This document shows, in pieces, positions 50,378 to 60,093 of a stretch of 64,000 nucleotides of DNA. Both the position numbers and the translations under genes were made by a program. Positions within the stretch are counted from its first letter, which is position 1. Every line of letters begins with the position of its first letter. Below the pieces are notes generated by a model. That model was not told the DNA's origin, did no database searches, and was given only the letters and a program-made list of their open reading frames with translations. The DNA is from an uncultured Candidatus Saccharibacteria bacterium. Its GTDB lineage: Bacteria; Patescibacteriota; Minisyncoccia; Phycocordibacterales; XYD1-FULL-46-19. Location of the stretch: assembly GCA_964355855.1 (NCBI GenBank), contig CAYHFD010000001.1:9921-73920 (forward strand). The letters run 5' to 3'.

Positions 50378-51109
50378 ATGTTAAAAGACAAGCCTTCATT
50401 TCCTGTCCGCCTGAATAAATACCTCGCCGACCACTATCCCGTCACCAGACGTTCGGCGGACACTCTTATCACCAAAGGCAAAGTTAAAATAAACGGTAAA
50501 GTCGCCGTGCTTGGTCAAATGGTCCAAGCTGGTGACACCGTTAAAGTAGAGAGCAAAGCTAGCCGACCCGCCTATCGCTATTTTGCCTACCACAAGCCAA
50601 TCGGGGTAGCTACTCATGCTTCCGCTCCCAGCGAAAAAGCAATCTTGAATGTTTTACGTCTACCCATCAAAGCTTTCCCAATTGGTCGCCTCGATAAAGA
50701 TTCCCGCGGTCTAATTATTTTGTCCGACGATGGTCGCTTGGCTGGTGCCCTTCTGGCGCCAGAATTTAAACACGAGAAAGAATATGTTGTAACGACCGAC
50801 CGCACTATTAATGACGCCAATTTAAAACAATTAGCCGTTGGCGTAAAAATTGAAAATTATCACACCAAGAAAGCTAAGACTAAAAAAATTAGGGACAAGG
50901 AATTTTCCATCATTTTGACCGAGGGTAAAAAACACCAGATCCGGCGAATGTGTGCCGCTTTGTCACTGCAAGTTCACGATTTAATTCGTACGAGAATTGA
51001 AAATATCGAGCTAGGTAAACTACCAGCTGGTGAGGTTCGGGAAATTACTGGTAGTGAACTAGTAGAATTCCTAACTCGTCTTGGACTCCAGAAAAAAACC
51101 ACTGGCTAG
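50378..51109 (+). CDS. Pseudouridine synthase (RsuA/RluB/RluF family)
   Basis: S4 domain, GRLDKDSRGL, EGKKHQIRRM. Confidence 0.9.
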   Translation: MLKDKPSFPVRLNKYLADHYPVTRRSADTLITKGKVKINGKVAVLGQMVQAGDTVKVESKASRPAYRYFAYHKPIGVATHASAPSEKAILNVLRLPIKAFPIGRLDKDSRGLIILSDDGRLAGALLAPEFKHEKEYVVTTDRTINDANLKQLAVGVKIENYHTKKAKTKKIRDKEFSIILTEGKKHQIRRMCAALSLQVHDLIRTRIENIELGKLPAGEVREITGSELVEFLTRLGLQKKTTG

Positions 51110-51424
51110 AAAAAAATATCCACAATCGCCTTTGTTTATAACAACTTTTATGTTAAACTTATAAGTGGAATATCTGCTCGAAACACCTAAAAGCGCCCCC
51201 AAACAAAAGCGTTAGCGTTTTTATTTGTTTTGCAGTTAGATAAATGGTCATTAGTGCGACTCTGCGCGCTCTTAGGCGTATTTTTTGTTTTTAAAATTTA
51301 TTCCTAAGCCGTAGAAATTCAAGGCCGGCTCCCTAACGGGAGTCGGCCTTGAATGTTTTAAAAACGACAGTCACCCAATTTGTTTGTTATAATATAAAAG
51401 ATTAGAAATTAACTAAAATAAATC

Positions 51425-51814
51425 ATGGAACTATTATTTCTCTTGGGCCGTGTCTTGTTTGGTGGCTACTTTATCTTAATGGGTATTAACCATTTTAAAA
51501 ATCCAGCGGGGCTCATAGCCTACGCCAATTCTAAAAAACTGCCTTATCCTAAAGCATCGGTTTATATTTCCGGACTAATGCTTTTCCTTGGCGGACTAGG
51601 GGTGGTGACTGGTGCTTTTTATGTCACCGCCTTGTGGTTGTTAGTAATATTCCTCCTAGTGTCAGCCTTTTCAATGCACAATTATTGGAAGGCTTCGACC
51701 ACCGAGGCAAAGACTGCCGATAAAGCTAGTTTTCAACGCAATTTAGCTTTAGCTGGCGCATCTTTAATGCTAGCCACCATGCAAGCCGAGTGGATATACT
51801 CGGTGATGTTTTAG
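51425..51814 (+). CDS. DoxX family membrane protein
   Basis: GRVLFGG.F...G.NHF, H.YW, NLALAG. Confidence 0.85.
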   Translation: MELLFLLGRVLFGGYFILMGINHFKNPAGLIAYANSKKLPYPKASVYISGLMLFLGGLGVVTGAFYVTALWLLVIFLLVSAFSMHNYWKASTTEAKTADKASFQRNLALAGASLMLATMQAEWIYSVMF

Positions 51815-51914
51815 CTAAGCAAATAACGACCTATTTGACAAATTATATTATATAGTGTATTATATACACCAGATTAGTTGCCGGATTGCCCGGTAACACA
51901 AAGGAGAGACACTC

Positions 51915-52196
51915 ATGCCAGCAGCGGCCCCCTCGACGACCCCGATTAGAACTTTCGACCAGGCCTCCGCCCTTCGGTCCGGAGATCGCCTCCGGTCAAA
52001 AGAAGGAGAAGTTTGGACCGTGGCCAAGGTTGACCGAAATCGGTCATACCCCGATGTTCCCCCACCAGCGTTCGTATTCACGAACGGCCAGCGGGAAATC
52101 CTCGCGGGGTGGTGGCCATTCAGACCACAAGGCTTCGTGGACGAGAGCTTCCAGCTCGTCCCGCAACTCATCGGGGCCACCGTGGTCCAGGACTAG
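51915..52196 (+). CDS. Orphan protein in stand-alone unit
   Basis: TTGACA-17-TATTAT, SD AAGGAG, terminator at about 52220-52256. Confidence 0.55.
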   Translation: MPAAAPSTTPIRTFDQASALRSGDRLRSKEGEVWTVAKVDRNRSYPDVPPPAFVFTNGQREILAGWWPFRPQGFVDESFQLVPQLIGATVVQD

Positions 52197-52262
52197 CTCC
52201 TCCTTTCTCGTGTCCCATCAGCCGGAACCCCTCAGGGTTCCGGCTGTCTTTTTTTAATTTTT

Positions 52263-52835
52263 TTATAATTCGATTTCTTTGTTCACCTCACGGTCTAGCA
52301 TATAAATATAGTCCCTGGTTTCTTCCGGGGTGAAAACTTGCAGACCAAGCGCTCTGGCCTCTTCACTTATTTTTTCATACATCTCTTCCGCTTGGTCGGC
52401 CACGTCCGCTTCTTGCTCGGCTTCATAGTAATAGTGCTCGCCCGGCGTCCGCACCAAAGACCACTCAATATCGTGATAGCGATAAATATCTTTCAAGCGG
52501 TGCATCCACACCCCCGTGGTACAGCCCAAGGCCTTCATCACTTCTTTACCCTTAGTTAAATCAGCTACCGCCAGCGGCAATGATATTTCCTGCCGGCTGT
52601 TATTGTTGGCCGAAACTTTATGCTTGACCATAATCTCACATTTGTCATTGGTCTTCCGCAAGCGAATATCAGTTGCCCGTTTTAAGGGGTCGACATCATA
52701 GCCAGGGTAACCATCGGTCAACAAAATCATCTCTCGCTCATGACTTTCGACGTGTTCACCCTTATCAGCCATAAACTTCTTTAGCCGATCAAATTCCTCT
52801 TTCGTCAATTCTCCTCTTATTTCAACTTCAATCAT
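52263..52835 (-). CDS. CYTH-domain protein
   Basis: N-terminal EVEIR, DIRLR, YYEAE. Confidence 0.75.
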   Translation of the reverse strand: MIEVEIRGELTKEEFDRLKKFMADKGEHVESHEREMILLTDGYPGYDVDPLKRATDIRLRKTNDKCEIMVKHKVSANNNSRQEISLPLAVADLTKGKEVMKALGCTTGVWMHRLKDIYRYHDIEWSLVRTPGEHYYYEAEQEADVADQAEEMYEKISEEARALGLQVFTPEETRDYIYMLDREVNKEIEL

Positions 52836-53004
52836 ATGATTTGGGGGGGTTATTGGCTATGGGAACAGAATAACAAATATAAAGTTAAAGAAAAAGTTTT
52901 TTAAAAACTTTTGTCAAGTTTCCCCTGCCAACCAAATTATGGTAGAACTAAGGACAGAACTGAACCGTAACAACCAAGCAACAACTCCAGAAAGGGGTGA
53001 CTTT

Positions 53005-54465
53005 ATGCCAAACACAAACGGCATATGGACCGAAATCCTTGGTCAACTCCCCGCGTTAGGAGTTGACGAACATACGATGACTTTTTGGGCCTCCCAGTGT
53101 CAATTTGGTGGAATAATAAATCAGCAAGTTACGATCCTTGCATCCTCACAGTTTGTTGGTGACTGGGTTCGTGACAACGGTCTGGCCGACAAAATTGTTG
53201 AAGCAGCTAACATGGCAGAGTCCTGCCATACGGAAATCCGTTCCTTCAAGATTGTAGTGGATAACCAAATCAAGTTGTCCGAAGAACTATTGTCTGAAGT
53301 GGATATCGACTCGGAAATTCCCTTTGGGTGCCAAGCTACAATCCAGGCTACCACGGTAGCACCAGCACCACTTCGGGCGTCAGCTCACCAACGTTCGACC
53401 AAGAATCGAGGCTGGGGCAACTACCGCGAAGGCAACTTGGTCGTTGGTAAAGCCAACAACTTTGCCACAGCCGCCATCATTGAGCTGGTAAAACCCAACC
53501 GGAGTTTCAAGGGGTTACTCCTTATCGCTCCACAAGGTCGTGGCAAAAGTCTCCACCTGGAAGCTGCCTGTTTTGCCTTCAGTGCTAAACATAACAGCGC
53601 CCAAAAAATTGTCTTCGTTAGCGGAGATGAATTTTTGGCCCACTATTGTGGAACTGCCAACGGCAATGGCGGGGGCAAGAAATTCGACGACCAATACACG
53701 GGAGTCGACCTGCTCGCTCTAGACGGTCTCGAGAGAATGGCGGGCAACACTCGCAAAGGAACCCAAGATGCGCTCGCGCGAGTGCTGGACCGGCTCGAAA
53801 GAAGGAGGGCGCCGGTGCTAATCGCCTCAACAATGCCCCTAGACGAGCTGGCCTTGACCCCGGACTTGAGTTCACGTCTTCAGTCCCTAGTTCCAGTCTC
53901 GCTCAATTTACCCGACACTGATATGCGCCGGGAAATCACCGGGCGAAAATTGGCAATCTGGGGGTTGGCGCCACATCTGCAACCGAGTGGTGACTCGCTC
54001 TCGTTTTTAGCTGGCTTGCCAGTGACAGATATGCGCGAGTTGGTTGGCCACCTAGACAACATCTTGCTTCACAGCAAGTGTTTCCAGCGCCAACTGACGC
54101 TGGACGAGATAAGGGAGTTGGTTTTGGGTCCAACCAAAACTAAACCACCAGTCACTTGCGAGTTGGTCTGTGCTACCATCGCCGAGCACTATCCCGATTT
54201 GAAACGGTTAGGGGGGCTCGCGGTGCTAGCAGGCAAACGTCGAGACCAAGACGTAGCGTTCTATCGCCATCTGGCGATGTATCTGTGTCTGAAATTGGTC
54301 CCCGACGTAACCGGACCCGATGTTGCCAAATTGTTCAACCGCGACCGGACTTCGGTTAGTCATGGTGTGGACAAAATCAACGAGTTGCTGAAAAGCGACG
54401 AGGGTGAGGACCTGCGCTTTCGTGTTGCAAGGATTTGCGACACGCTTGGTTGTACAATCAAATAG
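53005..54465 (+). CDS. Divergent DnaA-like protein (orphan paralogue)
   Basis: Domain I-like N-terminus; VVGKAN.FA, GRGKSLHL, DLLALD, L.SRL; domain IV R......RHLAMYL......FNRD.TSV. Confidence 0.8.
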   Translation: MPNTNGIWTEILGQLPALGVDEHTMTFWASQCQFGGIINQQVTILASSQFVGDWVRDNGLADKIVEAANMAESCHTEIRSFKIVVDNQIKLSEELLSEVDIDSEIPFGCQATIQATTVAPAPLRASAHQRSTKNRGWGNYREGNLVVGKANNFATAAIIELVKPNRSFKGLLLIAPQGRGKSLHLEAACFAFSAKHNSAQKIVFVSGDEFLAHYCGTANGNGGGKKFDDQYTGVDLLALDGLERMAGNTRKGTQDALARVLDRLERRRAPVLIASTMPLDELALTPDLSSRLQSLVPVSLNLPDTDMRREITGRKLAIWGLAPHLQPSGDSLSFLAGLPVTDMRELVGHLDNILLHSKCFQRQLTLDEIRELVLGPTKTKPPVTCELVCATIAEHYPDLKRLGGLAVLAGKRRDQDVAFYRHLAMYLCLKLVPDVTGPDVAKLFNRDRTSVSHGVDKINELLKSDEGEDLRFRVARICDTLGCTIK

Positions 54466-54548
54466 CCCGAGCTAGTGGAGTGATCCACGAGCCCGGGCTA
54501 TATTATTTTTATCTATTTTTTTAATATTTTGTGCTAAAACTTGGATAA

Positions 54549-55334
54549 CTAACCTTGGTCATCGTCATCATCGTCATCATCGTCATCATCGTCATCATCG
54601 TCATCATCGTCATCATCGTTTAAATTGTCGCCTTCGTCATCGCTTTCGCCATCTTGATCTTCTTGTTCATCATCCCTATCCTCATTGTCTAAGTTATCCT
54701 CGTCATTAATTAAATCCTGACTAGTTTTCTTGTCCTTTATTTTTATTTTAACTTCTTCTTTGCCATTGTTAAATTTAATTTCAATTTCAATACGAGAGGA
54801 CAATAAATCCGTCGGCACTCGTCCAGTCACCCCCGCCACTTCTAGTATCTCATTTATCCGCGCCAAAGTTTGAGGACCAACTACTCCCACCTGTTCTATT
54901 CTTACTTTATTTTGAAAACGTTTAACAGCTTGTTCGGTTAGTGGCCCAAAAAAACCAGTAATTACTCCTTCTGGGTATAAAGCTGGATCAGTCGCTAAAA
55001 TAGTTTGCAATTCTTTGACATCATCTCCCGACATACCAATTTTTAAACTTCTTTTTAACTTAAGCTGGGCTAATTCCGCATTTAAGGATTGATTAACCGT
55101 CTCAGAAACAACTAATTGTGCTTGTAATTTTTTAATTTGAGCCAATAATGATGCGATTTTTTCCTCAAAAGAGCCCAATGCACTGTTTGCAGTAGAGGAC
55201 GTGGTTGAGGTTGTACTTGAAACAACCGATTCATTAGTACTAGTTGCCGTGCTGGTTGCCGTCTGAGCAAGCCCCTCACTTAAGGTAAAAAAGAAACCAA
55301 AAAGCACCAAGACTACATATCCGATTTTTCTCAT
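54549..55334 (-). CDS. Secreted peptidoglycan-binding protein with poly-Asp tail
   Basis: Signal peptide; LKIGMSGDDVKELQ..L, TGFFGPLT..AVKRFQ. Confidence 0.82.
   Translation of the reverse strand: MRKIGYVVLVLFGFFFTLSEGLAQTATSTATSTNESVVSSTTSTTSSTANSALGSFEEKIASLLAQIKKLQAQLVVSETVNQSLNAELAQLKLKRSLKIGMSGDDVKELQTILATDPALYPEGVITGFFGPLTEQAVKRFQNKVRIEQVGVVGPQTLARINEILEVAGVTGRVPTDLLSSRIEIEIKFNNGKEEVKIKIKDKKTSQDLINDEDNLDNEDRDDEQEDQDGESDDEGDNLNDDDDDDDDDDDDDDDDDDDDQG
54559..54618. repeat. 9-bp tandem repeat (tcatcgtca) encoding poly-Asp
   Basis: About 6.5 perfect units. Confidence 0.9.
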
Positions 55335-55458
55335 AATTATTTTGTTTATTAAGTTATATAATCAAGACTTACCTCTTGATTATATATTAATATCAATATT
55401 TAGCACACTTTATAACCGTAGCCATACTACGGGTATAAAAACCAAAACCGAAAGCAAT

Positions 55459-57240
55459 TTACTGTCTCTTATGTTTGGCGCGTTCAGCTTCGGTTAAATA
55501 CTGTTTACGCAAGCGCACACTTTTCGGTGTAATTTCCAAATACTCGTCGTCGGACATTATTTCCAGTCCCCGCTCAATAGTAATTGGTAGTGGGGGAATT
55601 AAATAAAGTTTTTCATCAGTACCCGAAGCACGCATATTGGTTAGCTGTTTACCCTTAGTTGGGTTCACCGCCATTTCTTCACCCTTGGACGTATTGCCCA
55701 CCACCATGCCCTCATACACCTCGGTCGCCGCTTCAATATACAAAGTTCCGCGCGTCTGCAAATTTGCCAGCGAAAAACCTAAAGCTTTGCCAGGAGCCAT
55801 CGAGGTCATAGAACCCACGGCCCGCTTTTCTATTTCCCCAGCATAAGGTTTAAAACCCAATACCCGACTGGCAAATATGCCTTCACCTTTAGTGTCAATA
55901 ATAAACTGCCCCCGATAACCCAACAAACCACGAGTCGGCCCCTCAAGCGTAAGACGCACAATTTTATCATCAGTCTTCATATTGGTCATATGGACCGCCC
56001 GTTTGCCCAGCTTCTCAATCACTGCCCCCTGGGCTTCAGTTGGAATTTCGATCGTCACCTCTTCATATGGTTCTGATTTTACCCCCTCGATATCTTTAAT
56101 AATCACTTGCGGTTGGGACACCGACAGCTCAAACCCTTCACGACGCATATTCTCGAGCAGGATCGCGATATGCAATTCCCCGCGGCCGTAGACTTTCATT
56201 GTATCCCCTTCAAAGTCGACCCTTAGTCCGACATTGACTTCGAGCTCTTTCAACAACCGCTCGCGGATCTGCCGACTAGTCACAAATTTCCCTTCGCGGC
56301 CACCAAAAGGGGAGTCGTTGACCAAAAAATTTAGGGCAATCGTCGGTTCGTCGACATGAATAAAAGGCAATATCTCCGCCTCGGGATTATCACAAATAGT
56401 GTCACCAATATAAATTTCCGAGAGCCCAGCCACCATTACAATATCGCCGGCGACAGCCTCTTTCACCTCTTGGCGGCTAATCCCCGCAAAAGTGAAAAGT
56501 TTGGTAATCTTGCCCTCTTCCACTTGGCCATTCGATTTTTTTATATAAATTTTAGTTCCGTCTTTGATGACGCCTTCGTAAACCCGCGCAATCGCCAGCC
56601 GACCCAAAAAGTTGTCGTAAGCCAAGTTAAAAGGCTGGGCCCGCAGGGGCGCCGTGTTATTACTGGCGGCTGGTGGCACATGTTCGAGAATCGTATCAAG
56701 TAGAGGCTCAAGGTTTTTCCGTTCATCATCCAGTTTTTTCATCGCTACCCCATCTTTACCAATCGCGTACACCGTAACAAAGTCTAATTGTTCGTCAGTG
56801 GCCCCTAGTTCCATAAAAAGTTCCAAAATTTCATCATGAGCCCGGGCCGCATCAGCTGCTGGCTTGTCGATTTTGTTTAGCACCACGATCGGCTTGTGAC
56901 CAATTTCAAGCGATTTTTTCAACACAAAACGAGTTTGGGGCATGGGTCCTTCTTGGGCATCTACCACCAAAAGCACCGAGTCGATCGAACGCAAAACGCG
57001 CTCAACCTCGGAACCAAAGTCGGCGTGGCCGGGAGTATCAACAATATTTATCTTGGTCCCTTTGTAATTGATCGAGGTATTTTTGGCGTAAATAGTAATA
57101 CCCCGCTCGCGCTCCAGATCATTAGAATCCATCGTGGTCCCTTCACCAGTCATCCCCGTCTCACGCATAATAGCGTCGGTGAGCGTAGTCTTACCGTGGT
57201 CAACGTGGGCAATAATGGCGATATTACGTATCTCAGTCAT
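55459..57240 (-). CDS. typA: Translational GTPase TypA/BipA
   Basis: [38 protein letters not shown]. Confidence 0.97.
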   Translation of the reverse strand: MTEIRNIAIIAHVDHGKTTLTDAIMRETGMTGEGTTMDSNDLERERGITIYAKNTSINYKGTKINIVDTPGHADFGSEVERVLRSIDSVLLVVDAQEGPMPQTRFVLKKSLEIGHKPIVVLNKIDKPAADAARAHDEILELFMELGATDEQLDFVTVYAIGKDGVAMKKLDDERKNLEPLLDTILEHVPPAASNNTAPLRAQPFNLAYDNFLGRLAIARVYEGVIKDGTKIYIKKSNGQVEEGKITKLFTFAGISRQEVKEAVAGDIVMVAGLSEIYIGDTICDNPEAEILPFIHVDEPTIALNFLVNDSPFGGREGKFVTSRQIRERLLKELEVNVGLRVDFEGDTMKVYGRGELHIAILLENMRREGFELSVSQPQVIIKDIEGVKSEPYEEVTIEIPTEAQGAVIEKLGKRAVHMTNMKTDDKIVRLTLEGPTRGLLGYRGQFIIDTKGEGIFASRVLGFKPYAGEIEKRAVGSMTSMAPGKALGFSLANLQTRGTLYIEAATEVYEGMVVGNTSKGEEMAVNPTKGKQLTNMRASGTDEKLYLIPPLPITIERGLEIMSDDEYLEITPKSVRLRKQYLTEAERAKHKRQ

Positions 57241-57262
57241 ACTAGAATCTAAAGTTAATTAA

Positions 57263-57468
57263 ACCACTTCTCGCCCCGTAGGAAGCTTGGCTTTCCTACT
57301 GGGGTGGTCCACACTTGTCCCGTAGCCAGCGTACTCGCTGTGGTACCGGGATGGGCAATAATAGCGATGTTACGAATTTCGGTCATTGTAGAAATAATTA
57401 TTGTATTAGCGACCCGCCCGCAACGCCTAAGCTTGCGATGACGGGCGGGTGTTACGAATTTCTGTCAT
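57263..57468 (-). pseudogene. Two relic 5' ends of typA disrupted by palindromic inserts
   Basis: [16 protein letters not shown] from 57386 and MTEIRN..IA from 57468. Confidence 0.85.
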
Positions 57469-57546
57469 AAAAACAAAATGGCCGACACGGGCCAGAAGTA
57501 ATAGTAATAATACCAACAATACCAACTAAAGTCAACAATCCGCTTT

Positions 57547-58299
57547 TTATTCAAACTCTAAATATAATGGGGCGTGGTCAGAGACTTCATCTGGTAAAAC
57601 ATTAAAATTCTTAAGCTCTATCTCCGGTGAAATGAAAATATAGTCAGCATAGGGTTCAATATGACCAAATTTATATAAACTAGTCCGGGTCGTTGCAATT
57701 TTACTTTCGCTAACCAAATTGCGTAAACCACTTTCCTCTAACAAGCGAATGCTCTCGGTTTCCGGCCGAACATTAAAATCGCCACAGATTATTTTTGGCA
57801 AATTAAAACCTTTTAGAAAACCGAGGATCCGCTGTGACTGCGCGAGACGCTCTGGTGTATCATGTTTTAAAAGCGTCCAGTGCCCATGAAGGTTGGCCAC
57901 TAGATACTCGAGACTATTTTTTTCTATTCGAAACCATTGCAGAAGACGATTATGGTCAGCGTCAGGGTCTTCGTCCACCGGAAAATTACTATTTTCATGA
58001 ACCATAATAGCACCGTCTTCTTTTACTTTAATATCTTTCCGGACAAAAGTGGCTAAACCATATTCCCCATTATATAACGAAGAAAAATAGCCGACGTGGT
58101 TAGATAAAAGTTTTTCTATTTCTTCGTACAGACGGGGGTTAATATTTTTAATTTGCATCGGGTTAGCTTCGGTCGCCGTGCCACCCTTAAAAACTTCTTG
58201 AAAGCAAAAAATATCAATACTATTTTCTTTTTCCTTTATAAAGGATAGCAACGGTTCAAGCACCTTTCCACCCCAAGTGTTTAAGGTAATAAGTTTCAT
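57547..58299 (-). CDS. Endonuclease/exonuclease/phosphatase family protein
   Basis: TLN, CFQEV, CGDFN, DYIF, SDH. Confidence 0.9.
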   Translation of the reverse strand: MKLITLNTWGGKVLEPLLSFIKEKENSIDIFCFQEVFKGGTATEANPMQIKNINPRLYEEIEKLLSNHVGYFSSLYNGEYGLATFVRKDIKVKEDGAIMVHENSNFPVDEDPDADHNRLLQWFRIEKNSLEYLVANLHGHWTLLKHDTPERLAQSQRILGFLKGFNLPKIICGDFNVRPETESIRLLEESGLRNLVSESKIATTRTSLYKFGHIEPYADYIFISPEIELKNFNVLPDEVSDHAPLYLEFE

Positions 58300-58548
58300 T
58301 TATTTGTTGCCACTGATAGGCTTAATTAAAATCTCGGATTCAATTTTTCTGAACCGCTCCACTTCCCGACCATTTTTCGTAATGGTTTCCAAAAACATCG
58401 TGGTTGGTCGCGCCCACAGCCCACCATCTTCCAGGTGAATATAAACGGTTAGCGGTTCCAAGGTTTCGCTATGTTGAACTTCTAACAGCACTCGCACTTT
58501 GGTCCCTTTGTAGTGTTCATATATCGCTCCGATTTCTAGTTTCTTCAT
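58300..58548 (-). CDS. DUF1653 protein
   Basis: YEHYKG, HSET.E...VY, LWARP..MF, RF. Confidence 0.88.
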   Translation of the reverse strand: MKKLEIGAIYEHYKGTKVRVLLEVQHSETLEPLTVYIHLEDGGLWARPTTMFLETITKNGREVERFRKIESEILIKPISGNK

Positions 58549-58629
58549 TTATATATTTTAGTCTAAAACAACAGAAAAGCCCACTAGAGAAGCGAGCTTC
58601 TCTAGTGGGCAAAACGATTTCCACAATGT

Positions 58630-58995
58630 CTAGTGGCCAGGGCTACCACAAATTCTCACGGCGTGTACAAATTCTGCTTCGGGCGGGACTAGTCTCCCAG
58701 TGAGAGATAAGGGGATACACAAAGCGTCCACCTGTAAGACCTTGCTAAAGCAGAAGTCCAGTATCTCTTTTGCAAGACGGAACTGCGACGGGGCAAAAGT
58801 TGCCATAGTGTCTTCCAGTAACGCCCATTCCGCATCTTCAAACACCAGCCAGCAAAATTCCTCTTTTTTCGCCAGTTCCTCGACGATGTTAGAGAGAGAT
58901 TTTTCGCCCCTACCCAGCCTAAATTTAACTTCCTTTCTCGCCCAGCTTGAGGGGGGACGAGTGTCATCCGCCCCTGGTGTCAATGTGTACATCAT
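58630..58995 (-). CDS. Orphan protein in stand-alone unit
   Basis: TTGACT-17-TATTAT, SD AAGGAG, terminator 58579-58610. Confidence 0.55.
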   Translation of the reverse strand: MMYTLTPGADDTRPPSSWARKEVKFRLGRGEKSLSNIVEELAKKEEFCWLVFEDAEWALLEDTMATFAPSQFRLAKEILDFCFSKVLQVDALCIPLSLTGRLVPPEAEFVHAVRICGSPGH

Positions 58996-59143
58996 CGGTC
59001 TCCTTCCTGCACTTTGAAAAGTGCTTGCCAACCCAAATTCTCTACTACATATAATAGCACCGTATTACTATTTAGTCAACTCTACCGTAACCGGTAACAC
59101 CTAAACGCTTCTGGTATTGATTAGAATACACCCAGTTTAAATT

Positions 59144-59971
59144 TTATCTTAAACCTTCACACACTACCCCATCACTATCACTATCTAATTTGTGGGGGTC
59201 GGCCGTCGGGCCACCGCAAGCAATAAAAACTGATTGAGCTTCAGCTTGAGTGGTAAAATTGGTGCAATTGTAAATATTGCGGTCACAAATATAGTTTTCC
59301 CCGACCCCCGCCACGCTGGCCGTGGCGGGGGTGTCTTTTTCTATTTTTTTATCCTCACACACCCCATCGGCCCATAAACCCTTTTTTCCCTCGCGTGCTT
59401 GTTTTTCCGCCAACTTAAACTCGGTCTGGTATTTATAGGGTAAATTGTAGGTGTACTCGTAAGCAAATCCTTGGCTAATCATCAGCTTATTAAAATTGGT
59501 CCCGTCGGCTAGAAAAACATAGCGCAACAGCCGGTTATATTTATCCCGCTCACCATGGCTTGGGTCTGCTTCCAGACGCACCGTCCGACCAGCCAAAACC
59601 GCTTTGGCTTTACTGGAAGCCTCTTTACCAAAACATTCTACCGCCTTACGCGGGTCCACGGTCTCTGGTGTATTTATACCAATTAGACGCAAAGTTTCTG
59701 CTTTGCCATTTATATTCACCACCAGCGTGTCCCCATCAATCACTTTCACTACTTGGTAAGCGTCGCCAGTCACGGCCACCGGCAGTAAATTTCCGGCGGA
59801 TGATGTCGCCCGACTATTTGATATTTTTTCCGTTGAAGTCGATCCACTTATTCCCGTCTCCAATTGGGTTATCTCTTCTCTAGGTCCTGTTCCCCATCCA
59901 CTCAACAAAATAAAACCGGCCGCGAGTAATATCACGAGCCCCAGACCAGTAGCCATTAATTTAGAAAACAT
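59144..59971 (-). CDS. Thermonuclease (SNase) with Excalibur-like Ca-binding domain
   Basis: VIDGDT, RLIGINTPE, DKYNRLLRY, LDSDSDGVVCE. Confidence 0.9.
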   Translation of the reverse strand: MFSKLMATGLGLVILLAAGFILLSGWGTGPREEITQLETGISGSTSTEKISNSRATSSAGNLLPVAVTGDAYQVVKVIDGDTLVVNINGKAETLRLIGINTPETVDPRKAVECFGKEASSKAKAVLAGRTVRLEADPSHGERDKYNRLLRYVFLADGTNFNKLMISQGFAYEYTYNLPYKYQTEFKLAEKQAREGKKGLWADGVCEDKKIEKDTPATASVAGVGENYICDRNIYNCTNFTTQAEAQSVFIACGGPTADPHKLDSDSDGVVCEGLR

Positions 59972-60093
59972 TTCCCCAGTCTAACATCTCTTCCCTTCGG
60001 CTATAAATCAACTATGACTAAATCTACTTAAATAATAAGGCCCGGGGTTAAAGACCCGGGCCGGTTTTTACTACTTCACACAGTATAGTAAGA

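Noticed and set aside
52840-54540. oriC next to the DnaA-like gene
   Set aside because: No cluster of TTATCCACA-like boxes and no dnaN seen; the flanks are an ordinary promoter and terminator.
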